A DNA stretch of 64,000 nt, from the NCBI RefSeq assembly GCF_020745735.1, contig NC_083409.1, positions 9,413,534 through 9,477,533 on the forward strand, in the 5' to 3' direction. Shown one piece after another: positions 62,570-64,000 of this stretch (positions are counted from its first letter, which is position 1; each line of letters begins with the position of its first letter). The translations under genes and the position numbers were made by a program. The notes under the pieces are model-generated. The model did no database searches. It was not told where the DNA came from and saw nothing but the letters and a program-made list of their open reading frames with translations. Source of the DNA: Hemiscyllium ocellatum. Taxonomy: Eukaryota.

Positions 62570-63950
62570 TTATACCTGTATTTACTACAACTTCCCCCCA
62601 CTAACTCCCTAAGGTCCCCTGACCACCACATACAGCCCTCGTGCCGATATAAAGGCCCTAATCAGTACTGCTGACAGTTTCATGTTGATGTAATTTAGAA
62701 AGGGCCGCCATGTCTTAGAAAATTGCTCCATTCCGTGGTTCCCCATACTGTCAGGTAATCTTGTGGGACGTGCTCCATCACAAGTCTGTGCCACCCTGAA
62801 AGACCTGGAGGCTTTGCTGATATTCAATTCATTAGGATGTCCTTCCTCACACAATGTGTAAGAATGTTGAATAACCTCTTCCCGTGCTCACCCAAAGAGA
62901 GAAGTTTCGGTCGTTCCCAAAAGGGGGGACACCAGATCCTCCCAAACTTCCATTCCCAGGATTGTCTCCAGCTCATTCACTATGGCCCCCCAGGATCCGC
63001 GGATCTTGTAACAGGACCAAAAGCAATGTGTAATCCCTAACCTGGAAATAACGGAAATGGTCCCAATCAGTGATTCCCTATTTCTGACCTAAATGGCTAA
63101 AAGACATCAAGACATCTCCCTCAAATAAATCTCCCAGACAGGGGATTACTTTACGTTCCCATGCTCTGAAGCCAGAGTCCTTTGATCCCAGTCTAAATCC
63201 TGGGGGTCCCACTAACGGGTTGAACGGCAAATTGCCCCCACCCTGCCGCATTATTCTCCATGCTTTACTGTATTTATGATAATCAGACTTTCACAATGCG
63301 CACCTACCGATCTCATCTTATCCATGAATAGTAAGTTTCTGAAGGGATACCTCGCCTGCGAGGCCTCTACATCAAACCATATCGACTTTGAGTCATTACG
63401 CACCCATTCACCTACATATAGCAACAGGGTGCCAATTTGACATCTCTTCTGATCTGGGAGGTCCACCACTCCCTCTTATCCTGCGAAAGTTGCAACTTGG
63501 TAAATTTAATTAAGTTGCGCTGACAGTGCCAAATAAATGATCCAAGCCATTCCGCAAACCCCCGCAGCACCTGGTTGGGTAATAACAAAGGGAGCATCCT
63601 CACAGGATAGAACCACCAAGGAACAACATTCACTTTAATCAAGGCTATACAGCCGAACCATGATCTGGGCATTCCCTCCCATCGCTGCAAGTCCTGCTTT
63701 ACCCTCTCAAACAGCGACGCAAGGTCAGCTCCATACAGTTGTGGGAAGTGAGGGGTAATAAAAATTCCCAGATAGGGAAAACCTTTCTGTGACCATCTAA
63801 AAGGAAACTCCATTCCATCCTCCAGTTTCAGTACCTGCACCAATCCCCCCACAGGCAGGACTTCCGATTTTGGAAAATTTATTCTGTATCACAAAAAGCT
63901 GTCGAATAATTTAATGCTTTGTATTAGCTGGGGTAAGGGCTTTTCGGGGT
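62570..63950 (-). mobile_element. Older L1-clade ORF2 3' fragment
   Basis: Translates FPFRWSQKGFPYLGIFIT...LIKVNVVP...WLGSFIW, then degraded C-terminal sequence similar to the 49325-50600 region. Confidence 0.85.
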
Positions 63951-64000
63951 TAGCTACAAACAGAAGGACATTGTCCACATTGAGAGTGATTTTTGTTTCC

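Overview
Eukaryotic (cartilaginous fish, probably a carpet/bamboo-shark-like species; inferred from the Ig sequence and repeat families) genomic window, largely transposon-derived. The core is one unrearranged immunoglobulin kappa-type (nurse shark NS4/type III-like) light-chain cluster on the + strand: leader 35264-35312, V 35499-35794 with a 12-RSS, J 36306-36340 with a 23-RSS, and C 45051-45379. The V is a pseudogene (in-frame TGA, first Cys lost, RSS heptamer CAC>TAC) and the J splice donor reads GC instead of GT, but the J-RSS and C exon are intact. A second, 5'-truncated C-kappa exon plus 3'UTR lies inverted at 4221-5013. An apparently orphan terminal exon of CEP350 lies at 61219-61383. 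The remainder includes many CR1 and L2 LINE fragments, V-SINEs, a DeuSINE-like element, Penelope-like elements with hammerhead motifs, and a Gmr1-type Gypsy relic. There is also a 4.0-kb L1 with both ends and a 16-bp TSD but no RT domain. Coordinates of degraded repeats are approximate; family assignments are from motif recognition, not database searches.
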